Shown here one piece after another: positions 28,501 to 42,227 of a stretch of 64,000 bases of DNA. Below the pieces are notes generated by a model. It had not been told where the DNA came from, made no database searches, and saw only the letters and a list, made by a program, of their open reading frames with translations. The DNA comes from Eledone cirrhosa. Taxonomy: Eukaryota. A program made the translations under genes and the position numbers. The stretch covers positions 6,758,001-6,822,000 of the forward strand of contig OZ024745.1 in NCBI GenBank assembly GCA_964016885.1, in the 5' to 3' direction. Position 1 is the first letter of the stretch. Every line of letters starts with the position of its first letter.

Positions 28501-29580
28501 CTAGTACTATGGTGGCTGTACAATATGGCAGCCAGTTCTATGGTGGCTGTACAATATGGCAGCCAGTACTATTGTGGCTCAACAATATGGCAGCCAGTAC
28601 TATGGTGGCTCTACAATATGGCAGCCAGTACTATGGTGGCTGTACAATATGGCAGCCAGTACTATGGTGGCTGTACAATATGGTAGCCAGTACTATGGTG
28701 GCTGTACAATATGGCCGCCAGTTCTATGGTGGCTGTACAATATGGCAGCCAGTACTATGGTGGCTCTACAATGTGGCAGCCAATACAATGGTGGCTGTAC
28801 AATATGGCAGCCAGTACTATGGTGGCTGTACAATATGGCAGCCAGTGCTAAGGTGGCTCTACAATATGGCAGCCAGTACTATGGTGGCTGTACAATATGG
28901 CAGCCAGTTCTATGGTGGCTCTACAATATGGCAGCCAGTACTATGGTGGCTGTACAATATGGCAGCCAGTACTATGGTGGCTCTACAATATGGAAGCCAG
29001 TAGTATGGTGGCTGTATAATATGGCAGCCAGTACTATGGTGGCTGTACAGTATGGCAGCCAGTACTATGGTGGCTCTACAATACAGCAGCCAGTGCTATG
29101 GTGGCTGTACAATATGGCAGCCAGTACTATGGTGGCTGTACAATATGGCAGCCAGTACTATGGTAGCTGTATAATATGGCAGCCAGTACTATGGTGGCTG
29201 TACAATATGGCAGCCAGTACTATGGTGGCTGTACAATCTGGCAGCCAGTACTATGGTGGCTCTACAATATGGCAGCCAGTGCTATGGTGGCTGTACAATA
29301 TGGCAGCCAGTCCTATGGTGGCTGTACAATATGGCAGCCAGTACTATTGTAGCTCAACAATATGGCAGCCGGTACTATGGTGGCTCTACAATATGGCAGC
29401 CAATACTATGGTGGCTGTACAATATGGCAGCCAGTACTATGGTGGCTGTACAATATGGCAGCCTGTGCTATGGTGGCTCTACAATGTGGCAGCCAGTACT
29501 ATGGTGGCTGTACAATATGGCAGCAAGTACTATGGTGGCTCTACAATATGGCAGCCAGTACTATGGTGGCTGTACAATAT
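25549..29580. repeat. Tandem duplication with 2015/2077-bp period (65/67 monomers)
   Basis: 25611/27626 = 2015; 25983/28060 and 26479/28556 = 2077. Shared rare markers: ATGATGGCTC, GGGGCTGAAC, AATACAATGG, AATCTGGC, TGTAGCTCAAC. Confidence 0.9.
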
Positions 29581-32500
29581 GGCAGCCAGTGCTATGGTGG
29601 CTCTACAATATGGCAGCCAGTACTATGGTGGCTATACAATATGGCAGCCAGTACTATGGTGGCTGTACAATATGGCAGCCAGTTCTATGGTGGCTCTACA
29701 ATATGGCAGCCAGTACTATTCTGGCTGTAGAATATGGCAGCCAGTACTATTCTGGCTGTACAATATGGAAGCCAGTAGTATGGTGGCTGTATAATATGGC
29801 AGCCAGTACTATGGTGGCTGTACAGTATGGCAGCCAGTACTATGGTGGCTCTACAATATAACAGCCAGTGCTATGGTGGCTGTACAATATGGCAGCTAGT
29901 ACTATGGTGGCTGTACAATATGGCAGCCAGTACTATGGTGGCTGTATAATATGGCAGCCAGTACTATAGTGGCTGTACAATATGGCAGCCAGTACTATGG
30001 TGGCTGTACAATATGGCAGCCAGTACTATTGTGGCTGTACAATATGGCAGGCAGTACTATGGTGGCTGTACAATATGGCAGCCAGTACGATGGTGGCTGT
30101 ACAATATGGCAGCCAGTACTATGGTGGCTCTACAATATGGCAGCCAGTACTATGGTGGCTCTACAATATGGCCGCCAGTTCTATGGTGGCTGTACAATAT
30201 GGCAGCCAGTACTATGGTGGCTCTACAATATGGCAGCCAATAATATGGTGGCTGTACAATATGGCAGCCAGTAATATGGTGGCTGTACAATATGGCAGCC
30301 AGTGCTAAGGTGGCTCTACAATATAGCAGCCAGTACTATGGTGGCTGTACAATATGGCAGCCAGTACTATGGTGGCTGTACAATATGGCAGCCAGTACTA
30401 TGGTGGCTCTACAACATAGCAGCCAGTACTATGGTGGCTCTACAATATTGCAGCTAGTACTATGGTGGCTGTACAATATGGCAGCCAGTTCTATGGTGGC
30501 TGTACAATCTGGCAGCCAGTACTATTGTGGCTCAACAATATGGCAGCCAGTACTATGGTGGCTGTACAATATGGCAGCCAGTACTATGGTGGCTTTACAA
30601 TATGGCAGCCAGTACTATGGTGGCTGTACAATATGGTAGCCAGTACTATGGTGGCTGTACAATATGGCAGCTAGTACTATGGTGGCTCTAGAATATGGCC
30701 GTCAGTTCTATGGTGGCTGTACAATATGGCAGCCAGTACTATGGTGGCTGTACAATATGGCAGCCAGTACTATGGTGGCTGTACAATATGGCAGCCAGTA
30801 CTATGGTGGCTGTACAATATGGCAGCCAGTTCTATGGTGGCTCTACAATATGGCAGCCAGTACTATGGTGGCTGTACAATATGGCAGCCAGTACCATGGT
30901 GGCTCTACAATATGGCAGCCAGTACTATTCTGGCTGTACAATATGGCAGCCAGTACTATTCTGGCTGTACAGTATGGCAGCCAGTACTATGGTGACTCTA
31001 CAATATAGCAGCCAGTGCTATGGTGGCTGTACAATATGGCAGCCAGTACTATGGTGGCTGTACAATATGGCAGCCAGTATTATGGGGGCTGTATAATATG
31101 GCAGCAAGTAGTATGGTGGCTGTACAATATGGCAGCCAGTACTATGGTGGCTGTACAATATGGCAGCCAGTACTATGGTGGCTCTACAATATGGCAGCCA
31201 GTGCTATGGTGGCTCTACAATATGGCAGCCAGTTCTATGGGGGCTGTACAATATGGCAGCCAGTACTATGGTGGCTGTACAATATGGCAGCCAGTACTAT
31301 GGTGGCTATACGATATGGCAGCCAGTACTATGGTGGCTGTACAATATGGCAGCCAGTACTATGGTGGCTGTACAATATGGCAGCCAGTACTATGGTGGCT
31401 GTACAATATGGCAGCTAGTACTATGGTGGCTGTACAATATGGCAGCCAGTTCTATGGTGGCTCTACAATATGGCAGCCAATACTATGGTGGCTGTACAAT
31501 ATGGCAGTCAGTACTATGGTGGCTCTACAATATGGCAGCCAGTACTATGGTGGCTCTACAATATGGCAGCCAGTACTATGGTGGCTGTACAATATTGCAG
31601 CTAGTACTATGGTAGCTGTACAATATGGCAGCCAGTTCTATGGTGGCTGTACAATATGGCAGCCAGTACTATTGTGGCTCAACAACATGGCAGCCAGTAC
31701 TATGGTGGCTCTACAATATGGCAGCCAGTACTATGGTGGCTGTACAATATGGCAGCCAGTACTATGGTGGCTGTACAATATGGTAGCCAGTACTATGGTG
31801 GCTGTACAATATGGCCGCCAGTTCTATGGTGTCTGTACAATATGGCAGCCAGTACTATGGTGGCTCTACAATGTGGCAGCCAATACTATGGTGGCTGTAC
31901 AATATGGCAGCCAGTACTATGGTGGCTGTACAATATGGCAGCCAGTGCTAAGGTGGCTCTACAATATTGCAGCCAGTACTATGGTGGCTGTACAATATGG
32001 CAGCCAGTTCTATTGTGGCTCTACAATATGGCAGCCAGTACTATGGTGGCGGTACAATATGGCAGCCAGTACTATGGTGGCTCTACAATATGGAAGCCAG
32101 TAGTATGGTGGCTGTATAATATGGCAGCCAGTACTATGGTGGCTGTACAGTATGGCAGCCAGTACTATGGTGGCTCTACAATACAGCAGCCAGTACTATG
32201 GTGGCTGTACAATATGGCAGCCAGTACTATGGTAGCTGTATAATATGGCAGCCAGTACTATGGTGGCTGTACAATATGGCAGCCAGTACTATGGTGGCTG
32301 TACAATATGGCAGCCAGTACTATGGTGGCTCTACAATATGGCAGCCAGTGCTATGGTGGCTGTACAATATGGCAGCCAGTCCTATGGTGGCTGTACAATA
32401 TGGCAGCCAGTACTATTGTGGCTCAACAATATGGCAGCCGGTACTATGGTGGCTCTACAATATGGCAGCCAATACTATGGTGGCTGTACAATATGGCAGC

Positions 32501-35406
32501 CAGTACTATGGTGGCTGTACAATATGGCAGCCTGTGCTATGGTGGCTCTACAATATGGCAGCCAGTACTATGGTGGCTGTACAATATGGCAGCAAGTACT
32601 ATGGTGGCTCTACAATATGGCAGCCAGTACTATGGTGGCTGTACAATATGGCAGCCAGTGCTATGGTGGCTCTACAATATGGCAGCCAGTACTATGGTGG
32701 CTATACAATATGGCAGCTAGTACTATGGTGGCTGTACAATATGGCAGCCAGTCCTATGGTGGCTGTACAATATGGCAGCCAGTACTATGGTGGCTGTATA
32801 ATATGGCAGCCAGTGCTATGGTGGCTCTACAATATGGCAGCCAGTACTATGGTGGCTGTACAATATGGCAGCCAGTGCTATGGTGGCTGTACAATATCGC
32901 AGCCAATACTATGGTGGCTCTACAATATGGCAGCCAGTACTATGGTGGCTGTACAATATGGCAGCCAGTACTATGGTGGCTGTACCATATGGCAACCAGT
33001 ACTATGGTGACTGTACAATATGGCAGCCAGTACTATGGTGGCTGTACAATATGGCAGCCAGTACTATGGTGGCTCTACAATATGGCAGCCACTACTATGG
33101 TGGCTGTACAATATGGCAGCCAGTACTATGGTGGCAGTACAATATGGCAGCCAGTACTATAGTGGCTGTACAATATAGCAGTCAGTACTATGGTGGCTCT
33201 ACAATATGGCAGCCAATACTATGGTGGCTGTACAACATTGCAGCCAGTATTATGGTGGCTGTACAATATGGCAGTCAGTACTATGGTGGCTCTACAATAT
33301 GGCAGCCAATACTATGGTGGCTGTACAATATGGCAGTCAGTACTATGGTGGCTCTACAATATGGCAGCCAGTACTATGGTGGCTCTACAATATGGCAGCC
33401 AGTACTATGGTGGCTGTACAATATTGCAGCTAGTACTATGGTGGCTGTACAATATGGCAGCCAGTTCTATGGTGGCTGTACAATATGGCAGCCAGTACTA
33501 TTGTGGTTCAACAATATGGCAGCCAGTACTATGGTGGCTCTACAATATGGCAGCCAGTACTATTCTGGATGTACAATATGGCAGCCAGTACTATGGTGGC
33601 TGTACAATATGGTAGCCAGTACTATGGTGGCTGTACAATATGGCAGCCAGTACTATGCTGGCTCTACAATATGGCCGCCAGTTCTATGGTGGCTGTACAA
33701 TATGGCAGCCAGTACTATGGTGGCTCTACAATGTGGCAGCCAATACTATGGAGGCTGTACAATATGGCAGCCAGTACTATGGTGCCTGTACAATATGGCA
33801 GCCAGTGCTAAGGTGGCTCTACAGTATGGCAGCCAGTACTATGGTGGCTGTACAATATGGCAGCCAGTTCTATGGTGGCTCTACAATATGGCAGCCAGTA
33901 CTATGGTGGCTGTACAATATGGCAGCCAGTACTATGGTGGCTCTACAATATGGCAGCCAGTACTATTCTGGCTGTAGAATATGGCAGCCAGTACTATTCT
34001 GGCTGTACAATATGGAAGCCAGTAGTATGGTGGCTGTATAATATGGCAGCCAGTACTATGGTGGCTGTACAGTATGGCAGCCAGTACTATGGTGGCTCTA
34101 CAATATACCAGCCAGTGCTATGGTGGCTGTACAATATGGCAGCCAGTACTATGGTGGCTGTACAATATGGCAGCTAGTACAATGGTGGCTCTAGAATATG
34201 GCCGCCAGTTCTATGGTGGCTGTACAATATGGCAGCCAGTACTATGGTGGCTGTACAATATGGCAGCCAGTACTATGGTGGCTGTACAATATGGCAGCCA
34301 GTACTATGGTGGCTGTACAATATGGCAGCCAGTTCTATGGTGGCTCTACAATATGGCAGCCAGTACTATGGTGGCTGTACAATATGGCAGCCAGTACTAT
34401 GGTGGCTCTACAATATGGCAGCCAGTACTATTCTGGCTGTACAATATGGCAGCCAGTACTATTCTGGCTGTACAGTATGGCAGCCAGTACTATGGTGGCT
34501 CTACAATATAGCAGCCAGTGCTATGGTGACTGTACAATATGGCAGCCAGTACTATGGTGGCTGTACAATATGGCAGCCAGTACTATGGGGGCTGTACAAT
34601 ATGGCAGCCAGTACTATGGTGGCTCTACAATATGGCAGCCAGTGCTATGGTGGCTCTACAATATGGCAGCCAGTTCTATGGGGGCTGTACAATATGGCAG
34701 CCAGTACTATGGTGGCTGTACAATATGGCAGCCAGTACTATGGTGGCTATACGATATGGCAGCCAGTACTATGGTGGCTGTACAATATGGCAGCCAGTAC
34801 TATGGTGGCTGTAGAATATGGCAGCCAGTACTATGGTGGCTGTACAATATGGCAGCTAGTACTATGGTGGCTGTACAATATGGCAGCCAGTTCTCTGGTG
34901 GCTCTACAATATGGCAGCCAATACTATGGTGGCTGTACAATATGGCAGTCAGTACTATGGTGGCTCTACAATATGGCAGCCAGTACTATGGTGGCTCTAC
35001 AATATGGCAGCCAGTACTATGGTGGCTGTACAATATTGCAGCTAGTACTATGGTGGCTGTACAATATGGCAACCAGTTCTATGGTGGCTGTACAATATGG
35101 CAGCCAGTACTATTGTGGCTCAACAATATGGCAGCCAGTACTATGGTGGCTCTACAATATGGCAGCCAGTACTATGGTGGCTGTACAATATGGCAGCCAG
35201 TACTATGGTGGCTGTACAATATGGTAGCCAGTACTATGGTGGCTGTACAATATGGCCGCCAGTTCTATGGTGGCTGTACAATATGGCAGCCAGTACTATG
35301 GTGGCTCTACAATGTGGCAGCCAATACTATGGTGGCTGTACAATATGGCAGCCAGTACTATGGTGGCTGTACAATATGGCAGCCAGTGCTAAGGTGGGTC
35401 TACAAT

Positions 35407-38400
35407 ATGGCAGCCAGTACTATGGTGGCTGTACAATATGGCAGCCAGTTCTATGGTGGCTCTACAATATGGCAGCCAGTACTATGGTGGCTGTACAATA
35501 TGGCAGCCAGTACTATGGTGGCTCTACAATATGGAAGCCAGTAGTATGGTGGCTGTATAATATGGCAGCCAGTACTATGGTGGCTGTACAGTATGGCAGC
35601 CAGTACTATGGTGGCTCTACAATACAGCAGCCAGTGCTATGGTGGCTGTACAATATGGCAGCCAGTACTATGGTGACTGTACAATATGGCAGCTAGTACT
35701 ATGGTGGATGTACAATAGGGCAGCCAGTGCTATGGTGATTGTACAATATGGCAGCCAGTACTATGGTGGCTGTACAATATGGCCGCCAGTACTATGGTGA
35801 CTGTACAATATGGCAGCCAGTACTATGGTAGTTCTACAATATGGCAGCCAGTGCTATGGTGGCTCTACTATATGGCAGCCAGTTCTATGGTGGCTGTACA
35901 ATATGGCAGCCAGTAATATGGTGGCTGTACAATATGGCAGCCAGTACTATGGTGGCTATACAATATGGCAGCTAGTACTATGGTGGCTCTACAATATGGC
36001 AGCCAGTACTATGGTGGCTGTACAATATGGCAGCCAGTACTATGGTGGCTGTACAATATGGCAGCCAGTACTATGGTGGCTGTACAATATGGCAGCCAGT
36101 ACTATGGTGGCTGTACACTATGGCAGTAGTACTATGGTGGCTCTACAATATGGCAGCCAATCCTATGGTGGCTGTACAATATTGCAGCCAGTACTATGGT
36201 GGCTGTACAATATTGCAGCTAGTACTATGGTGGCTGTACAATATGGCAGCCAGTGCTATGGTGCCTCTACAATATGGCAGCCAGTACTATTGTGGCTCTA
36301 CAATATGGCAGCCAGTACTATGGTGGCTCTACAATATGGCAGCCAGTACTATGGTGGCTCTACAATACAGCAGCCAGTGCTATGGTGGCTGTACAATATG
36401 GCAGCCAGTACTATGGTGGCTGTACAATATGGCAGCCAGTACTATGGTAGCTGTATAATATGGCAGCCAGTACTATGGTGGCTGTACAATATGGCAGCCA
36501 GTACTATGGTGGCTGTACAATATGGCAGCCAGTACTATGGTGGCTCTACAATACAGCAGCCAGTGCTATGGTGGCTGTACAATATGGCAGCCAGTACTAT
36601 GGTGGCTGTACAATATGGCAGCCAGTACTATGGTAGCTGTATAATATGGCAGCCAGTACTATGGTGGCTGTACAATATGGCAGCCAGTACTATGGTGGCT
36701 GTACAATATGGCAGCCAGTACTATGGTGGCTCTACAATATGGCAGCCAGTGCTATGGTGGCTGTACAATATGGCAGCCAGTCCTATGGTGGCTGTACAAT
36801 ATGGCAGCCAGTACTATTGTGGCTCAACAATATGGCAGCCGGTACTATGGTGGCTCTACAATATGGCAGCCAATACTATGGTGGCTGTACAATATGGCAA
36901 CCAGTACTATGGTGGCTGTACAATATGGCATCCTGTGCTATGGTGGCTCTACAATATGGCTGCCAGTACTATGGTGGCTGTACAATATGGCAGCAAGTAC
37001 TATGGTGGCTCTACAATATGGCAGCCAGTACTATGGTGGCTGTACAATATGGCAGCCAGTGCTATGGTGGCTCTACAATATGGCAGCCAGTACTATGGTG
37101 GCTATACAATATGGCAGCTAGTACTATGGTGGCTGTACAATATGGCAGCCAGTCCTATGCTGGCTGTACAATATGGCAGCCAGTACTATGGTGGCTGTAT
37201 AATATGGCAGCCAGTGCTATGGTGGCTCTACAATATGGTAGCCAGTACTATGGTGGCTGTACAATAGGGCAGCCAGTGCTATGGTGGCTGTACAATATCG
37301 CAGCCAATACTATGGTGGCTCTACAATATGGCAGCCAGTACTATGGTGGCTGTACAATATGACAGCCAGTACTATGGTGGCTGTACCATATGGCAACCAG
37401 TACTATGGTGACTGTACAATATGGCAGCCAGTACTATGGTGGCTCTACAATATGGCAGCAAAGTACTATGGTGGCTCTACAATATGGCAGCCAGTACTAT
37501 GGTGGCTCTACAATATGGCAGCCAGTACTATGTTGGTTTTACAATATGGCAGCCAGTACTATGGTGGCTCTACAATATGGCAGCCAGTACTATGGTGGCT
37601 GTACAATATGGCAGCCAGTGCTATGGTGGCTCTACAATATGGCAGCCAGTACTATGGTGGCTATACAATATGGCAGCTAGTACTATGGTGGCTGTACAAT
37701 ATGGCAGCCAGTCCTATGGTGGCTGTACAATATGGCAGCCAGTACTATGGTGGCTGTATAATATGGCAGCCAGTGCTATGGTGGCTCTACAATATGGCAG
37801 CCAGTACTATGGTGGCTGTACAATATGGCAGCCAGTACTATGTTGGTTTTACAATATGGCAGCCAGTACTATGGTGGCTCTACAATATGGCAGCCAGTAC
37901 TATGGTGGCTGTACAATATGGCAGCCAGTACTATGGTGACTGTACAATATGGCAGCCAGTACTATGGTGGCTGTACAATATGGCAGCCAGTACTATGGTG
38001 GCTCTACAATATGGCAGCCACTACTATGGTGGCTGTACAATATGGCAGCCAGTACTATGGTGGCAGTACAATATGGCAGCCAGTACTATAGTGGCTGTAC
38101 AATATAGCAGTCAGTACTATGATGGCTCTACAATATGGCAGCCAATACTATGGTGGCTGTACAACATTGCAGCCAGTATTATGGTGGCTGTACAATATGG
38201 CAGTCAGTACTATGGTGGCTCTACAATATGGCAGCCAATACTATGGTGGCTGTACAATATGGCAGTCAGTACTATGGTGGCTCTACAATATGGCAGCCAG
38301 TACTATGGTGGCTCTACAATATGGCAGCCAGTACTATGGTGGCTGTACAATATTGCAGCTAGTACTATGGTGGCTGTACAATATGGCAGCCAGTTCTATG

Positions 38401-41400
38401 GTGGCTGTACAATATGGCAGCCAGTACTATTGTGGTTCAACAATATAGCAGCCAGTACTATGGTGGCTCTACAATATGGCAGCCAGTACTATGGTGGCTG
38501 TACAATATGGCAGCCAGTACTATGGTGGCTGTACAATATGGTAGCCAGTACTATGGTGGCTGTACAATATGGCAGCCAGTACTATGGTGGCTCTACAATA
38601 TGGCCGCCAGTTCTATGGTGGCTGTACAATATGGCAGCCAGTACTATGGTGGCTCTACAATGTGGCAGCCAATACTATGGAGGCTGTACAATATGGCAGC
38701 CAGTACTATGGTGGCTGTACAATATGGCAGCCAGTGCTAAGGTGGCTCTACAGTATGGCAGCCAGTACTATGGTGGCTGTACAATATGGCAGCCAGTTCT
38801 ATGGTGGCTCTACAATATGGCAGCCAGTACTATGGTGGCTGTACAATATGGCAGCCAGTACTATGGTGGCTCTACAATATGGAAGCCAGTAGTATGGTGG
38901 CTGTATAATATGGCAGCCAGTACTATGGTGGCTGTACAGTATGGCAGCCAGTACTATGGTGGCTCTACAATACAGCAGCCAGTGCTATGGTGGCTGTACA
39001 ATATGGCAGCCAGTACTATGGTGACTGTACAATATGGCAGCTAGTACTATGGTGGCTGTACAATAGGGCAGCCAGTGCTATGGTGATTGTACAATATGGC
39101 AGCCAGTACTATGGTGGCTGTACAATATGGCCGCCAGTACTATGGTGACTGTACAATATGGCAGCCAGTACTATGGTAGCTCTACAATATGGCAGCCAGT
39201 GCTATGGTGGCTCTACTATATGGCAGCCAGTTCTATGGTGGCTGTACAATATGGCAGCCAGTAATATGGTGGCTGTACAATATGGCAGCCAGTACTATGG
39301 TGGCTATACAATATGGCAGCTAGTACTATGGTGGCTCTACAATATGGCAGCCAGTACTATGGTGGCTGTACAATATGGCAGCCAGTACTATGGTGGCTGT
39401 ACAATATGGCAGCCAGTACTATGGTGGCTGTACAATATGGCAGCCAGTACTATGGTGGCTGTACACTATGGCAGTCAGTACTATGGTGGCTCTACAATAT
39501 GGCAGCCAATCCTATGGTGGCTGTACAATATTGCAGCCAGTACTATGGTGGCTGTACAATATTGCAGCTAGTACTATGGTGGCTGTACAATATGGCAGCC
39601 AGTGCTATGGTGCCTCTACAATATGGCAGCCAGTACTATTGTGGCTCTACAATATGGCAGCCAGTACTATGGTGGCTCTACAATATGGCAGCCAGTACTA
39701 TGGTGGCTCTACAATACAGCAGCCAGTGCTATGGTGGCTGTACAATATGGCAGCCAGTACTATGGTGGCTGTACAATATGGCAGCCAGTACTATGGTAGC
39801 TGTATAATAAGGCAGCCAGTACTATGGTGGCTGTACAATATGGCAGCCAGTACTATGGTGGCTGTACAATATGGCAGCCAGTACTATGGTGGCTCTACAA
39901 TACAGCAGCCAGTGCTATGGTGGCTGTACAATATGGCAGCCAGTACTATGGTGGCTGTACAATATGGCAGCCAGTACTATGGTAGCTGTATAATATGGCA
40001 GCCAGTACTATGGTGGCTGTACAATATGGCAGCCAGTACTATGGTGGCTGTACAATATGGCAGCCAGTACTATGGTGGCTCTACAATATGGCAGCCAGTG
40101 CTATGGTGGCTGTACAATATGGCAGCCAGTCCTATGGTGGCTGTACAATATGGCAGCCAGTACTATTGTGGCTCAACAATATGGCAGCCGGTACTATGGT
40201 GGCTCTACAATATGGCAGCCAATACTATGGTGGCTGTACAATATGGCAACCAGTACTATGGTGGCTGTACAATATGGCATCCTGTGCTATGGTGGCTCTA
40301 CAATATGGCTGCCAGTACTATGGTGGCTGTACAATATGGCAGCAAGTACTATGGTGGCTCTACAATATGGCAGCCAGTACTATGGTGGCTGTACAATATG
40401 GCAGCCAGTGCTATGGTGGCTCTACAATATGGCAGCCAGTACTATGGTGGCTATACAATATGGCAGCTAGTACTATGGTGGCTGTACAATATGGCAGCCA
40501 GTCCTATGCTGGCTGTACAATATGGCAGCCAGTACTATGGTGGCTGTATAATATGGCAGCCAGTGCTATGGTGGCTCTACAATATGGCAGCCAGTACTAT
40601 GGTGGCTGTACAATAGGGCAGCCAGTGCTATGGTGGCTGTACAATATCGCAGCCAATACTATGGTGGCTCTACAATATGGCAGCCAGTACTATGGTGGCT
40701 GTACAATATGACAGCCAGTACTATGGTGGCTGTACCATATGGCAACCAGTACTATGGTGACTGTACAATATGGCAGCCAGTACTATGGTGGCTCTACAAT
40801 ATGGCAGCAAAGTACTATGGTGGCTCTACAATATGGCAGCCAGTACTATGGTGGCTCTACAATATGGCAGCCAGTACTATGTTGGTTTTACAATATGGCA
40901 GCCAGTACTATGGTGGCTCTACAATATGGCAGCCAGTACTATGGTGGCTGTACAATATGGCAGCCAGTGCTATGGTGGCTCTACAATATGGCAGCCAGTA
41001 CTATGGTGGCTATACAATATGGCAGCTAGTACTATGGTGGCTGTACAATATGGCAGCCAGTCCTATGGTGGCTGTACAATATGGCAGCCAGTACTATGGT
41101 GGCTGTATAATATGGCAGCCAGTGCTATGGTGGCTCTACAATATGGCAGCCAGTACTATGGTGGCTGTACAATATGGCAGCCAGTGCTATGGTGGCTGTA
41201 CAATATCGCAGCCAATACTATGGTGGCTCTACAATATGGCAGCCAGTACTATGGTGGCTGTACAATATGGCAGCCAGTACTATGGTGGCTGTACCATATG
41301 GCAACCAGTACTATGGTGACTGTACAATATGGCAGCCAGTACTATGGTGGCTGTACAATATGGCAGCCAGTACTATGGTGGCTCTACAATATGGCAGCCA

Positions 41401-42227
41401 CTACTATGGTGGCTGTACAATATGGCAGCCAGTACTATGGTGGCAGTACAATATGGCAGCCAGTACTATAGTGGCTGTACAATATAGCAGTCAGTACTAT
41501 GATGGCTCTACAATATGGCAGCCAATACTATGGTGGCTGTACAACATTGCAGCCAGTATTATGGTGGCTGTACAATATGGCAGTCAGTACTATGGTGGCT
41601 CTACAATATGGCAGCCAATACTATGGTGGCTGTACAATATGGCAGTCAGTACTATGGTGGCTCTACAATATGGCAGCCAGTACTATGGTGGCTCTACAAT
41701 ATGGCAGCCAGTACTATGGTGGCTGTACAATATTGCAGCTAGTACTATGGTGGCTGTACAATATGGCAGCCAGTTCTATGGTGGCTGTACAATATGGCAG
41801 CCAGTACTATTGTGGTTCAACAATATGGCAGCCAGTACTATGGTGGCTCTACAATATGGCAGCCAGTACTATGGTGGCTGTACAATATGGCAGCCAGTAC
41901 TATGGTGGCTGTACAATATGGTAGCCAGTACTATGGTGGCTGTACAATATGGCAGCCAGTACTATGGTGGCTCTACAATATGGCCGCCATTTCTATGGTG
42001 GCTGTACAATATGGCAGCCAGTACTATGGTGGCTCTACAATGTGGCAGCCAATACTATGGAGGCTGTACAATATGGCAGCCAGTACTATGGTGGCTGTAC
42101 AATATGGCAGCCAGTGCTAAGGTGGCTCTACAGTATGGCAGCCAGTACTATGGTGGCTGTACAATATGGCAGCCAGTTCTATGGTGGCTCTACAATATGG
42201 CAGCCAGTACTATGGTGGCTGTACAAT
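35407..42227. repeat. About 3.35-kb tandem duplication inside the HOR unit (repeated at 52705-59525)
   Basis: 35810/39158 = 3348; 36646/39995 and 37390/40739 = 3349; 38119/41499 = 3380. Confidence 0.9.
36365..36736. repeat. 186-bp (6-monomer) tandem duplication, recurring near 39.7, 49.4, 53.7, 57.0 and 63.2 kb
   Basis: The ACAGCAGCCAGTGCT ... GGTAGCTGTATAAT block occurs twice 186 bp apart (36365/36551). It is single in older copies (about 15350, 21424, 27004, 29082). Confidence 0.85.

Noticed and set aside
36120-37483. -1 then +1 indels as selected frame restoration
   Set aside because: The +1 allele also occurs without the -1 (40801, 58099, 63897) and the -1 without the +1 (49172), so they are not coupled.
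37281-39044. Longest ORF (587 aa, repeated at 54579..56342) as a repeat or structural protein
   Set aside because: It passes through a +1 indel, has no distinct termini, and its second copy is simply part of the HOR duplication.
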